Positions 19,700 through 29,911 of a stretch of DNA of 64,000 nucleotides are shown here, in pieces (position 1 is the stretch's first letter; the number at the start of each line of letters is the position of its first letter). The notes beneath the pieces were generated by a model, which had not been told where the DNA came from, made no database searches, and worked only from the letters and a program-made list of their open reading frames with translations. The position numbers and the translations under genes are program-made. Where the stretch lies: the NCBI GenBank assembly GCA_938040315.1, contig CALHQW010000004.1, forward strand, positions 32,700-96,699, written 5' to 3'. This DNA comes from an uncultured bacterium (lineage in GTDB: Bacteria; Hydrothermota; Tepidihabitantia; Tepidihabitantales; DTDR01).

Positions 19700-20788
19700 A
19701 TGCCAAAAATTAGGGTAGCAATTATTGGTGTAGGTAACTGTGCTTCCAGTTTAGTTCAAGGAGTGTATTATTATAAAAATGCTAAAGAGGGCGATTTTAT
19801 ACCAGGAATAATGCATGTTAATCTTGGTGGCTATCATATTTCTGATATTGAATTTACGGTTGGTATTGATATTGACAAAAGAAAAGTTGGAAAAGACCTA
19901 GCCCAAGCAATTTTTACTTATCCTAATAATACTTATAAATTTTGTGAGGTTCCAAAATTAAATGTAAAGGTAGTGCGCGGAATGACTCATGATGGTTTAG
20001 GATATTATCTTTCTCAAATTATTGAAAAGGCACCCGGTCCAACTGCTGACATTGTTAGAATCTTAAGAGAGACTAAGACTGATGTAGTGGTGAATTTTCT
20101 ACCGGTCGGAAGCGAAGAAGCAACAAAATGGTATGTGGAACAAACATTAAAAGCAAAGTGTGCTTTCGTCAATTGTATTCCGGTGTTTATTGCTTCAGAA
20201 AAATATTGGCAAAATCGTTTTAAAGAGGCCAAATTACCGGTTATTGGCGATGATATCAAATCCCAAGTGGGAGCCACTATCGTTCATCGGGTTTTGACCC
20301 ACCTTTTTATTGAAAGAGGAGTAAAAATTGAAAAAACAAGCCAATTAAATGTGGGTGGCAATACTGATTTTCTAAATATGTTAGAACGTTCCCGATTACA
20401 ATCTAAAAAAATTTCGAAGACCAAGGCAGTAACTTCTTTAATACCTTATGACATTGGTGAAGAGAATGTGTATATTGGACCCTCTGATTACGTTGCTTGG
20501 TTAAAAGATAGGAAATGGGCTTACATCCGAATAGAAGGAAGAACTTTTGGCGATGTACCTTTAAATTTAGAATTAAAATTAGAAGTTTGGGATTCACCAA
20601 ATTCTGCTGGTGTAGTAATTGATGCTATTCGGTGTGCAAAGTTAGCATTAGATAATAATCTTAGTGGTGCGATAATAGAACCCTCTTGTTATTTTATGAA
20701 AACTCCGCCAAGACAGATACCTGATCACATTGCTCGGGAAAAATTAGAACAATTTATTAAAAAATACGGTTTAAAATCTAAAAAATAA
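19700..20788 (+). CDS. inositol-3-phosphate synthase (myo-inositol-1-phosphate synthase), short archaeal/bacterial type
   Basis: N-terminal Rossmann [16 protein letters not shown], about 360 aa, colinear with MIPS. Confidence 0.75.
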   Translation: MPKIRVAIIGVGNCASSLVQGVYYYKNAKEGDFIPGIMHVNLGGYHISDIEFTVGIDIDKRKVGKDLAQAIFTYPNNTYKFCEVPKLNVKVVRGMTHDGLGYYLSQIIEKAPGPTADIVRILRETKTDVVVNFLPVGSEEATKWYVEQTLKAKCAFVNCIPVFIASEKYWQNRFKEAKLPVIGDDIKSQVGATIVHRVLTHLFIERGVKIEKTSQLNVGGNTDFLNMLERSRLQSKKISKTKAVTSLIPYDIGEENVYIGPSDYVAWLKDRKWAYIRIEGRTFGDVPLNLELKLEVWDSPNSAGVVIDAIRCAKLALDNNLSGAIIEPSCYFMKTPPRQIPDHIAREKLEQFIKKYGLKSKK

Positions 20789-20792
20789 AATA

Positions 20793-21425
20793 ATGACAGG
20801 CATTTTAATAACTTTTGAGGGAATTGAAAAATGTGGAAAGACAACGCAGGCAAAATTACTTTATGAATATCTAAAGGAAAAAGGAATTCCTTGTATATTG
20901 GTTCATGAGCCGGGAGGAACAAAAATTGGTGAGGAAATCAGAAAAATTCTTCTTGATAAAGAAAACACCAAAATGACTCCTAAAACTGAACTTTTTTTAT
21001 ATTTAGCTGCCCGTGCTCAATTATTAACTGAGGTCATTTTCCCTTCTCTTCAAGAAGGAAAAATAATAATTTGTGATCGATTTAGTGATTCTACTTTGGC
21101 CTATCAAGGCGGCGGAAGAAATTTAGAGTTAGAAAAAATAAATCAAATTAATAAATATGCTACTGATAAATTAAAGCCAAACCTTACTATTCTTATTGAT
21201 ATACCTGTTTCAATAAGTCAAGAAAGAATAAAAAAAGAAAAAAAAGATCGTTTAGAAAAAGAAAATGAAGAATTTCATAAAAGAGTAAGAGATACATATC
21301 TTTTTTTAGCAAAACGGGCACCAAAAAGAATAAAAATTTTTGAAGGAAACAAAAGTATCGAAGATTTACATTTGGAAATCAGAACAAAAGTAATACAATT
21401 TTTAACCCAAAAAGGAGTGATATGA
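20793..21425 (+). CDS. tmk: dTMP kinase (thymidylate kinase)
   Basis: ITFEGIEKCGKTTQ P-loop, DRF…S motif, lid region. Confidence 0.85.
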   Translation: MTGILITFEGIEKCGKTTQAKLLYEYLKEKGIPCILVHEPGGTKIGEEIRKILLDKENTKMTPKTELFLYLAARAQLLTEVIFPSLQEGKIIICDRFSDSTLAYQGGGRNLELEKINQINKYATDKLKPNLTILIDIPVSISQERIKKEKKDRLEKENEEFHKRVRDTYLFLAKRAPKRIKIFEGNKSIEDLHLEIRTKVIQFLTQKGVI

Positions 21426-22957
21426 ATAAAAATAAGAAAATTTTCATTATTTTAGTTATTTCTATTATTGCTTTAATATTTTCTTATTTAGGAACAAATC
21501 TGTGGGCACAAAAACAAAATGTTTTTCAATCTCTCCAAACTTTTTCTAAAATTCTTGATATTATCCTTAAAGATTATGTAGAGGAAACAAATGCGGAAGA
21601 TTTAATAAAATCAGCCATTGACGGAATGTTAAATTCTTTAGACCCTTATACACAATATTTAACGGAAGAAGAATATAAAGATTTAAGAATTAAAACAGAA
21701 GCCCAATTTGGCGGAATTGGAATTCAAATTGGTATTCAAGAAAATCAATTAACAGTAATTTCTCCCATTGAGGGAACCCCTGCTTATCGGGCGGGAATAA
21801 TTGCTGGAGATAAAATAATTAAGATTGATGATGTTTCCACTGAAGGGATTTCTTTAGAAGAGGCAGTAAAAAAATTAAGAGGTGAACCAGGAACTACCGT
21901 CAAGGTGACGATAAAAAGAGAAGGTGTAGAAGAAGAAATTAATTTTATTTTGACACGAGAAATTATTAAAATTCATGCAATTCCATACGCTGGAAAGATA
22001 AACGAAGAAATTGGTTATATCCGTTTAGCCGATTTTTCTAGTTTAGCAGAAGAAGAATTGAAAAACACTTTGGAATCTCTTTTTGGTAAAGAGAAAATAA
22101 AAAAATTAATTTTGGATTTAAGATCAAACTCTGGCGGTCTATTACAAGAAGGAGTTGGTGTCGGGAGTTTGTTTTTAGAAAAAAATAATCTGGTGGTAAA
22201 AGTAAAAGGAAGAAATCCGGAAAGTGAAAGAGATTTTTATGTGTGGGAAGAACCTAAATACAAAAACTACCCAATGATTGTCCTTGTTGACCGAGGAAGT
22301 GCTTCGGCTGCAGAAATTGTTGCTGGTGCTTTACAGGATTATGAACGAGCATTGATTATTGGTGAAACTACCTTTGGAAAAGGCTCTGTCCAAAATATTC
22401 GTCCCTTAGATAATAATACCGCCCTTAAAATTACTACTGCTTATTGGTATACTCCCAGTGGTCGTTGTATTCATAAAAGAATAAAAAAAGATTCTTTACA
22501 ACAAAGTGAAATTAAAAAAATTTATCGAACATTAGGTAAAATAAAAAGAGAAATTTATGGTGGCGGAGGAATTGCTCCAGATATTTATTTACCTTATACA
22601 ACCCTTTCTAAATTAACAACTAAATTACGCCAAGAAAATATTTTCTTTAAATTCGCTGTAAAGTATCATTCTGAAAATAAAGGATTAAAATTACCAATTG
22701 TCGTCACCAAGGATCTTATTCAAAAAGAATTTATACCTTATTTAAAAGCAAAGAAGATTGAATTTGAAGAAGAAGAAATATGGAAAAATGAAGAAGAGAT
22801 AAAAAGAGAGTTATCTATTGAGATTGCTGAGAAGTTTGGTGGGATCAAAGCAAGATATGAAACGCTTCTTAAATTTGATCCTCATGTAAAAAAAGCTTTT
22901 GAATTGTTGAAAAAAGCTTCTTCCCAAGAAGAACTTTTTAAAATTGCTTTAAAATAA
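21422..22957 (+). CDS. ctpA: carboxyl-terminal processing protease (S41) with PDZ domain
   Basis: N-terminal anchor, PDZ (GDKIIKIDD), S41 GSASAAEIVAGALQD and catalytic K region. Confidence 0.85.
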   Translation: MNKNKKIFIILVISIIALIFSYLGTNLWAQKQNVFQSLQTFSKILDIILKDYVEETNAEDLIKSAIDGMLNSLDPYTQYLTEEEYKDLRIKTEAQFGGIGIQIGIQENQLTVISPIEGTPAYRAGIIAGDKIIKIDDVSTEGISLEEAVKKLRGEPGTTVKVTIKREGVEEEINFILTREIIKIHAIPYAGKINEEIGYIRLADFSSLAEEELKNTLESLFGKEKIKKLILDLRSNSGGLLQEGVGVGSLFLEKNNLVVKVKGRNPESERDFYVWEEPKYKNYPMIVLVDRGSASAAEIVAGALQDYERALIIGETTFGKGSVQNIRPLDNNTALKITTAYWYTPSGRCIHKRIKKDSLQQSEIKKIYRTLGKIKREIYGGGGIAPDIYLPYTTLSKLTTKLRQENIFFKFAVKYHSENKGLKLPIVVTKDLIQKEFIPYLKAKKIEFEEEEIWKNEEEIKRELSIEIAEKFGGIKARYETLLKFDPHVKKAFELLKKASSQEELFKIALK

Positions 22958-24319
22958 ATAATTTTTTTTAACATAATTTATAGCATCTTCTTTATTTTTA
23001 ATTTTGCCTTCTAAATATAAATTTTCGATTTCTTGAAGAATTTTTTTAAAAATGGGACCTGGCTTTAATCCTAAATCAATTAGGTCATATCCATTAATTA
23101 ATCTTACTTTCTTTTTTTCCTCTTCTTCTTTTCTTTTTAACTCAATCATCCTTTTTATTACCTTTTCTAAATGCTTGGTATAACCAGCGGTAGCGTAACC
23201 ATCAGCATAAGTTAGAATCATTAGCCCAAAAGCATAATTTTTTAAATCATGAAAAAATCTTCTTATTGCCCGGTCAGTTAAAACTGGTGCGGAAGCTAAA
23301 AGATGAAGACGCATATGATAAAATATCAATTTGGTAATGTGGTGAATATCTTCGTTGGAGAATTTTAGATCCTTTAAAATTTTTTTTATAATTTTTGAAC
23401 CAACTGTTTCGTGACCATAAAAATGTATTTCACCATTTTCACTATTTTTCATTGTTAATGGTTTAGCCACATCGTGAAAAAAACCCGCCAATTTTAAAAC
23501 TTCTTTACTATGAGGTATTGAAAAATACTCTTCCCATTCTTTTTGAAACTGCCCAAAAAATTCTTTAGTATTGATAATTTCTTCAATTTTTTTATAAGTT
23601 TTTAAAGAATGGGTTACTAAATATTTTTCTTCAAAAAAGGAAAAATCCACAGGAAAAATTTGAGCCAAAAGTTTTATATCATAAAGTTTTTTAATATAAA
23701 AATAACTTTTATTCGTTGCTAAAATTCGTAAAAATTCATAACTTATTCTTTCTTTTGCTATGTTGACCAGTGAGATTTCTTTACCAATTTCAAAGATTTT
23801 TTTATCAATTTTAAAACCCAATTCACAAGCAAATCTTATTGCTCTCAATATTCTTAAGGGGTCCTGATGAAGAACCAAATTATTGGTTAAACGAATTTTT
23901 TTATTTTTTAAATCTTTTATTCCGTTAAAAGGGTCGATTAATTTCTTTTCTTTGAAAGAAAAAGCAATCGCATTTATAGTAAAATCTCTTTCTGATAAAT
24001 CATCAATAATTGTTTTTTGGTTAAGACCTTTAAAATCAAAAATGGTTTTATAAGCCACAACTCTTGCTTCATCATCTTTTTCTGATAAAATAATAAATTT
24101 GCCTTTTATTTTTTCTCCAAAAATTTTTGCTCCTCTTATTCCACTATTATTCACCACAAAATCAAAATCAAGAGGTTCCTTATTTAAAATAATATCTCGA
24201 ATAGTTCCGCCTACTAAATAAAAATCACTTTTTTTATAAATTTGGAAAAGAATTTTTACTCCTTTACTTAAAATTGGCTGTTTTTTTATATAGTCAATTA
24301 TTTTTTTAAGTTCTTCCAT
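22949..24319 (-). CDS. cca: CCA tRNA nucleotidyltransferase / poly(A) polymerase family protein with HD domain
   Basis: GGTIRDIIL…DFDFVV head motif, RDFTINA, and C-terminal HD (HDVAK). Confidence 0.75.
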   Translation of the reverse strand: MEELKKIIDYIKKQPILSKGVKILFQIYKKSDFYLVGGTIRDIILNKEPLDFDFVVNNSGIRGAKIFGEKIKGKFIILSEKDDEARVVAYKTIFDFKGLNQKTIIDDLSERDFTINAIAFSFKEKKLIDPFNGIKDLKNKKIRLTNNLVLHQDPLRILRAIRFACELGFKIDKKIFEIGKEISLVNIAKERISYEFLRILATNKSYFYIKKLYDIKLLAQIFPVDFSFFEEKYLVTHSLKTYKKIEEIINTKEFFGQFQKEWEEYFSIPHSKEVLKLAGFFHDVAKPLTMKNSENGEIHFYGHETVGSKIIKKILKDLKFSNEDIHHITKLIFYHMRLHLLASAPVLTDRAIRRFFHDLKNYAFGLMILTYADGYATAGYTKHLEKVIKRMIELKRKEEEEKKKVRLINGYDLIDLGLKPGPIFKKILQEIENLYLEGKIKNKEDAINYVKKNYLF

Positions 24320-25613
24320 ACCAATAAATTAAAGGCGGTAATTTAGGTTTTTTTTCTTTTATTAAAATTACCTCTTTTAATTTTTCTTTCACTTCCTTTA
24401 ATTTTACTTTGTCATTTGCATGAATTTCTAATAGTGGCTCCCCCTTTTTTACCTTTTCACCAAGTTTTTTAATAAAAATAAAACCAACAGAATAATCAAC
24501 TTCGTCTTCCCTTTTTGTTCGTCCACCTCCTAAAAAATTACAAAGAAATCCGATTTTTTTGGTATTAATAAAAAAAATATAACCTTTTTGAGGAGCAAAA
24601 TAATATTCTTGATACTTTGCTTTTGGTAATATGTTATAATTTTCAATTATTGCTTCTTCTCCACCCTGAGTTCTTATCGTTTCTTGAAATTTCCTTAAGC
24701 CCCTTCCTTCATTAATTACTTTATTAATTAACTCCTCTGCCCTTTTTTTACTTTTTATAAATTTAGTTCTTAAAAGAATTTCTTTTCCAAAGGTAAAAAC
24801 AATTTCTTTTAAATCTCTTGGTTGTTTTCCTTTTAAAAATTCAATTGCTTCTATAACCTCTAAACTATTTCCCACTGCTTTACCCAATGGTTGGTTCATA
24901 TCGGTAATAAAAACGCTCATTTTCTTTTTTATTAACTTTCCAATTTTTATTATCGTTTTAGCGAACTTTTTGGCTTCAGTAAATTTTTCTAAAAAGGCTC
25001 CGTTTCCGGTTTTTATGTCCAATAATAAAAAGTTTATCCCTTCTGCTAATTTTTTACTCATAATACTAGTAGCAATAAGGGGAATTGACTCAATAGTAGA
25101 TGTGGCGTCTCGAAGAGAATATAAATATCTGTCAGCAGGAACAAGTTCTTCGGTTTGTTCCGCAATAAAAAACCCAATATTTTTTATTGCTTCTTTACAT
25201 TGTTGATAAGTAAGATCCGTTCTAAAATTTGGTATAGAAGCTAACTTATCAATTGTACCACCGGTATGACCTAAGGCTCTACCGGCAATCATTGGAATTT
25301 TAAATCCTAAAGCTGCTAAAATTGGAGTTAAAATTAAAGAAACTTTATCACCTACTCCACCCGTAGAATGTTTATCAATCACATACTTTCCTTTAAATTT
25401 AAAAATTTTACCGGATTTCATCATTGCTAAAGTTAAATTGACAATCTCTTCAAAATTCAAACCTTGAAAATAGATCGCCATTAAGAAAGCAGCAATTTGA
25501 TAATCAGGAATTTTTTTATTTATTAAACCTTTGATGAAAAACTCAATTTCTTTTTTAGTTAATCCTTCGCCATCCCTTTTTTTTCTGATTAAAGAAAGAA
25601 AATCAATTTTCAT
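24306..25613 (-). CDS. thymidine/pyrimidine-nucleoside phosphorylase
   Basis: HSTGGVGDK phosphate-binding motif. Glycosyltransferase family 3 N-terminal domain plus C-terminal PYNP domain. Confidence 0.85.
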   Translation of the reverse strand: MKIDFLSLIRKKRDGEGLTKKEIEFFIKGLINKKIPDYQIAAFLMAIYFQGLNFEEIVNLTLAMMKSGKIFKFKGKYVIDKHSTGGVGDKVSLILTPILAALGFKIPMIAGRALGHTGGTIDKLASIPNFRTDLTYQQCKEAIKNIGFFIAEQTEELVPADRYLYSLRDATSTIESIPLIATSIMSKKLAEGINFLLLDIKTGNGAFLEKFTEAKKFAKTIIKIGKLIKKKMSVFITDMNQPLGKAVGNSLEVIEAIEFLKGKQPRDLKEIVFTFGKEILLRTKFIKSKKRAEELINKVINEGRGLRKFQETIRTQGGEEAIIENYNILPKAKYQEYYFAPQKGYIFFINTKKIGFLCNFLGGGRTKREDEVDYSVGFIFIKKLGEKVKKGEPLLEIHANDKVKLKEVKEKLKEVILIKEKKPKLPPLIYWYGRT

Positions 25614-25674
25614 TTTTATATTATAATTTAAGACCTATATTTTTTCAAATTTTGACATTTGGCAAATTTTTATT

Positions 25675-26145
25675 ATGATTAATAAAATAATGAAAAAAAA
25701 TAAAATATCTAAGAAACGATTGGAAAAAGGGCCGGTAGCAATTATTGAATGTCCAGAGAAAATACCATGCAATCCCTGTGTGAAAGCCTGCCCGAAAGAA
25801 GCAATTATTATTGAGGATTCTTTAATTGAAACTCCAAAAATTGATTACAAAAAATGTGTTGGCTGTTTTTTATGTATTCCTAAGTGTCCGGGATTAGCAA
25901 TTTTTGGGGTTTACTATAACTACACCAAAAATGAAAGTTTACTTTTTATACCTTATGAATTTTTGCCAAGACCAAAAAAAGGAGACATCCTCTGGGGACT
26001 TGACTGTAATGGTAAAAAAATCAGCAAGGTAATTGTTGAAAAAGTTACTGAAACTCCTAATTTTAATCATTGTGCAATTATCCAAATCAGAGTTAAAAAA
26101 AAATATTTTGATAAAATTCGGATGATTAGTTATGAAAAAAAATAA
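25675..26145 (+). CDS. 4Fe-4S dicluster ferredoxin-domain protein (gamma-like subunit of a sarcosine-oxidase-type dehydrogenase)
   Basis: CNPCVKACP and CVGCFLCIPKCP, plus an 80-aa C-terminal domain. Confidence 0.65.
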   Translation: MINKIMKKNKISKKRLEKGPVAIIECPEKIPCNPCVKACPKEAIIIEDSLIETPKIDYKKCVGCFLCIPKCPGLAIFGVYYNYTKNESLLFIPYEFLPRPKKGDILWGLDCNGKKISKVIVEKVTETPNFNHCAIIQIRVKKKYFDKIRMISYEKK

Positions 26146-26395
26146 TTTTATTATTTGTCGTTGCGAAGATATCTCTTGGCAAGATATCGATGGTTTAATT
26201 AGAAAAGGTTTTACTTTGGAAGAAATTAAAAAGTTGACACGCTGTGGAATGGGGTATTGCCAAGGAAGAACCTGTTTTAACATTCTTACTCGTTTATTAA
26301 AGATCCGTGAGCAAAATCTTATTCCTAAAAAAAGACCGCCTTTAAAACCAGTAATTATTAGAGATATTATAAAATATTTTGAAAATGAAGAATAA
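26132..26395 (+). CDS. BFD-like [2Fe-2S]-binding domain protein (HcnA / PDH delta-like)
   Basis: CRCEDIS…CGMGYCQGRTC four-Cys BFD-like pattern. 87 aa. Confidence 0.65.
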   Translation: MKKNNFIICRCEDISWQDIDGLIRKGFTLEEIKKLTRCGMGYCQGRTCFNILTRLLKIREQNLIPKKRPPLKPVIIRDIIKYFENEE

Positions 26396-27518
26396 TTTTG
26401 ATGCAATAATTATTGGTGCCGGAGTAATTGGTGCGGCTACCGGATATTATTTGAGTCAATTAGGATTAAAAGTAGCAATTATTGAAAAAGATTATCCTAC
26501 TGCTGGTTCTACCAGTAGATGCATCGGTGGTGTTCGCCAACAATTTGCCCATCCACCGACGATCCAATTAATGATTCAATCAGTAAAGTTATTAACTGAA
26601 TATCAAAATGATTTAAAATGGGATATTGAATGGTATCAAGGTGGATACCTCTTTTTAGCCCATTCTGAAGAAAAAAAGGAAAACTATTTAAAAACAATGG
26701 CTATCCAAAAAAAATTTAATTTACCAGTAAGTTTTTTATCTCCCGAGGAATGCCAAAAAATTGTTCCGGATCTAAATTTAGAAGGACTTTTCGGTGGGGT
26801 CTTCTGTCCAACGGATGGCCAAGTTAACCCTTTTAAATTAACTTTTAATTATTTAGAAGAAATAAAAAAGAAAAAGGGTAAACTTTTTAATTTCCAAAAG
26901 GTTATTAAGATCGAAATTAAAAATTCAAAAGTAATTGGTTTGAGGACCAATAAAAATGAATATTTTTCTTCACCAATAATTATTAATTGTGCTGGACCTT
27001 ATGCTAGAGAAGTTGGAAAGTTAGTAAATTTGAACATCCCTATAGAACCAGAGAGACACGAAGCAATTGTTACTGAAAAAATTGATAAATTTTTTTCTTG
27101 TATGATTGTTGATTATCGAGAAGATGGGTGTTATTTTGTTCAAAAACACACTACCGGAAATATTGTTGGTTGTTATACGCCAATACCCAATATTCCTGGT
27201 TATTCTTTAGATTCCTCTTTTGAATTTTTTATTGAAATGCCCAGAAGGATGGCAAGGGTAATCCCTAAATTGAAAGAGGTAAGAATCTTACGCCAATGGG
27301 CAGGTAGTTATGAAATGACTCCTGATGGTAATCCAATTGTTGGTGAAACGCCCATTGAAGGATTCTATCTAAATTGTGGAATGTGTGGACACGGTTTAAT
27401 GTTTGCACCAGCAATCGGTAAGGCTTTGGCTTATTATATTGTAAAAAGAGAAATGATATTGCCTTTAAAGGATTTTTCTCTTTTTAGAGATTTTTCTAAA
27501 AAAGAAATAATGAAATAA
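26379..27518 (+). CDS. FAD-dependent oxidoreductase (sarcosine oxidase beta / glycine oxidase / proline dehydrogenase beta-like)
   Basis: GAGVIGAATGYYL dinucleotide-binding motif. DAO-family length and C-terminal motifs. Confidence 0.8.
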   Translation: MKMKNNFDAIIIGAGVIGAATGYYLSQLGLKVAIIEKDYPTAGSTSRCIGGVRQQFAHPPTIQLMIQSVKLLTEYQNDLKWDIEWYQGGYLFLAHSEEKKENYLKTMAIQKKFNLPVSFLSPEECQKIVPDLNLEGLFGGVFCPTDGQVNPFKLTFNYLEEIKKKKGKLFNFQKVIKIEIKNSKVIGLRTNKNEYFSSPIIINCAGPYAREVGKLVNLNIPIEPERHEAIVTEKIDKFFSCMIVDYREDGCYFVQKHTTGNIVGCYTPIPNIPGYSLDSSFEFFIEMPRRMARVIPKLKEVRILRQWAGSYEMTPDGNPIVGETPIEGFYLNCGMCGHGLMFAPAIGKALAYYIVKREMILPLKDFSLFRDFSKKEIMK

Positions 27519-27566
27519 AATATTGATTTTTATGAGAAAATATTTAATATTTAAAAAAGGAAAAAA

Positions 27567-27854
27567 ATGCCTTATTATATTTTATTAACAAAATTAACTG
27601 ATGAGGGAAGAAAAACTTTAAAAGATTATCCTCAGAGATTAAAAGAGGTAAATGAAGAAGTAGAAGAGATGGGTACAAAGATTATTGCTCAGTACGCAAT
27701 TCTTGGCGATTACGATTTTATTAATATTTTGAAGGCACCGGATAACGAAACAATCGCCAAAATTTCTACTGAACTTGGTTCAAGAGGAACAATCCAAATA
27801 ACTGCTTATGTGGCAATCCCTATTGATGATTTTTTAAAGGCAATTAAAAAATAA
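27567..27854 (+). CDS. GYD-domain protein
   Basis: Diagnostic GDYDF motif. 95 aa. Confidence 0.7.
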   Translation: MPYYILLTKLTDEGRKTLKDYPQRLKEVNEEVEEMGTKIIAQYAILGDYDFINILKAPDNETIAKISTELGSRGTIQITAYVAIPIDDFLKAIKK

Positions 27855-27934
27855 AGAATTCTTATTCCTATACACTCTTTCTAACTAAGGGTTATTGAAA
27901 ATTAAAATTCTAAGAAATTTTTGATTTTTTATTA

Positions 27935-29242
27935 ATGGAAGAAATAAATAAAGCAAGAGAATTATTAAAAGGTATAAAAGATGGTAAAATTGATGAGATT
28001 CTTAAAAATATTAATTATTCTGATATACCGATTTTAGAAAAAGTTGGCATTCTTCTTAACATTTATTCTGATCCCCATTATGCCAAAAAAATATTTGAAA
28101 AAATTCTTGATTTAGATCCTGAAAATCTTTCGGCAAAATATTCATTAGGCTTTGCCTATTTGCGGTTAGAAAATTGGGATAAAGCCCTTTTTTATTTTCA
28201 AGAAGTTCTAAAAGAAGACCCCACAAATAGTTCTTGTTGGCAGGAATTAGGAATAATTCAAATGAAAAAGAGAGAATATGAAAAAGCAATTGAATCTTTT
28301 AGCAAAGCAATTGAATATTCTCCTTTTGATGGCCTTCCCTATTTTCTATTAGCCCAGGTTTTGTCACAATTACAAAATTATGAAGAGGCTTTAAAATATG
28401 TTAATAAAGCAATTGAATTGAGGCCAAAAGATGTAAAAATCCTTAAAGAAAAAGTAAATATTTTAATTAATTTACAAAAATATGAAGAAGCCCTTTCTAT
28501 TTCACAAGAAATAATCGAAGAAAATCCCAATGATATTGAAACTCTCTTAAATATTAGTTTTATCTTTTGTCAATTTAAAAAATATGATTTAGCATTAAAA
28601 TTAGTTAACCAAGCAGTAAAATTAGCACCAAATGATTCAAAAGTATTAGTAACAAAAGGTTATATCTTAGGTAAATTGGGAAGAATAAAAGAGGAGTTAA
28701 GATATTATGAAAGAGCAACGATCCTAAATCCCAATGATTGGCAAGCCCATTTTAATCAAGGTGTTTTATATTATGAACTTCAAGAAAAAAAGAAGGCATT
28801 AGAATCATTTGAAAAGGCATTAAAATTAAATCCTAATTCTTCGGAAATTCATCATAATATAGGAATTTTATATTTGGAAAAAAAAGAAGGAGAAAAGGCA
28901 TATTACCATTTATTAAAAGCTGTTCAACTAAATCCAAAAATTGGAAATTATTGGTACTCCTTAGGATTATTTTACTTAGAAATCGGAGATGCTAAAACCG
29001 CTTCTCAATGTTTTGATGAGGGTTTAAAATATGATATCAATTCCTATTTATTATTTTCTGGCAAAGCCTTAGCATTAAAAGAAATGAATCGTTTAGAAGA
29101 GGCATTAAGGTTTATTAATGAAGCAATTACGATTAATCCTAATAATTCTCAATTATGGTATGATAAAGGCGAAATTCTTGAAAAAATGGGAAAAAAAGAA
29201 GAGGCTCAGGAATGTTTCAAAAAGGGAAAAGAGTTAACATAA
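27935..29242 (+). CDS. tetratricopeptide-repeat protein
   Basis: About 10 consecutive 34-aa TPR units (W-LG-Y…A…F…A…P pattern). Confidence 0.8.
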   Translation: MEEINKARELLKGIKDGKIDEILKNINYSDIPILEKVGILLNIYSDPHYAKKIFEKILDLDPENLSAKYSLGFAYLRLENWDKALFYFQEVLKEDPTNSSCWQELGIIQMKKREYEKAIESFSKAIEYSPFDGLPYFLLAQVLSQLQNYEEALKYVNKAIELRPKDVKILKEKVNILINLQKYEEALSISQEIIEENPNDIETLLNISFIFCQFKKYDLALKLVNQAVKLAPNDSKVLVTKGYILGKLGRIKEELRYYERATILNPNDWQAHFNQGVLYYELQEKKKALESFEKALKLNPNSSEIHHNIGILYLEKKEGEKAYYHLLKAVQLNPKIGNYWYSLGLFYLEIGDAKTASQCFDEGLKYDINSYLLFSGKALALKEMNRLEEALRFINEAITINPNNSQLWYDKGEILEKMGKKEEAQECFKKGKELT

Positions 29243-29257
29243 TCTCTTTATATGTCA

Positions 29258-29911
29258 TTATATTTCGTAATATTTTCTTTTTCTTTTTCTAAAAAACAGA
29301 CCAATTATTAAACCAATTAAAAACCCACCAATATGAGCTGACCAAGCAACACCAGGAATTCCCATTGAACTATATAATAGTTGTAATAAGATCCAGAGAC
29401 CAAGGAAAAGAAAAGCAGGAACCAAAGCAATTCTTATAAATAAGCCAATTGGTATTAATGTTAATATCTGGGCATTAGGGAATAGAATTAAATAGGCACC
29501 AAGAATACCCGAGATTGCTCCAGAAGCACCAATCATTGGAACTTCTGAATGTAGGTTTCTTAAAATATGAAGAAATGAACCTGCTAAACCGCTTAAAAAA
29601 TACATAATAAAAAACCAAAAATGTCCCAATACATCTTCTACATTATCGCCAAATACCCACAAATAAAGCATATTCCCCAAAATATGCCAAAAATTGGCAT
29701 GGAGAAACATTCCCGTAAATAAAGTAAGAAGTCTTTCACCATTAATTATAGATACCGGAATTATTCCATATTCTAAGATAAAATCTTTTAAATAATTACC
29801 TAAAGTTAACTCATAAAAAAATATTAAGAAATTAATAATTAAAAGAAGATAAACAAGAATTGGTTTTTTTAACGAAGGAATATTATCTTTTAAGGGTATC
29901 ATTTTTTTCAA
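29258..29911 (-). CDS. rhomboid-family intramembrane serine protease
   Basis: GASGAISG catalytic Ser motif, His in a later TM (SAHIGG), six TM helices. Confidence 0.8.
   Translation of the reverse strand: MKKMIPLKDNIPSLKKPILVYLLLIINFLIFFYELTLGNYLKDFILEYGIIPVSIINGERLLTLFTGMFLHANFWHILGNMLYLWVFGDNVEDVLGHFWFFIMYFLSGLAGSFLHILRNLHSEVPMIGASGAISGILGAYLILFPNAQILTLIPIGLFIRIALVPAFLFLGLWILLQLLYSSMGIPGVAWSAHIGGFLIGLIIGLFFRKRKRKYYEI

Noticed and set aside
25939-26406. 155-aa minus-strand ORF spanning the ferredoxin/BFD genes
   Set aside because: It lies antisense to two motif-bearing, translationally coupled plus-strand genes, and its translation is low complexity.
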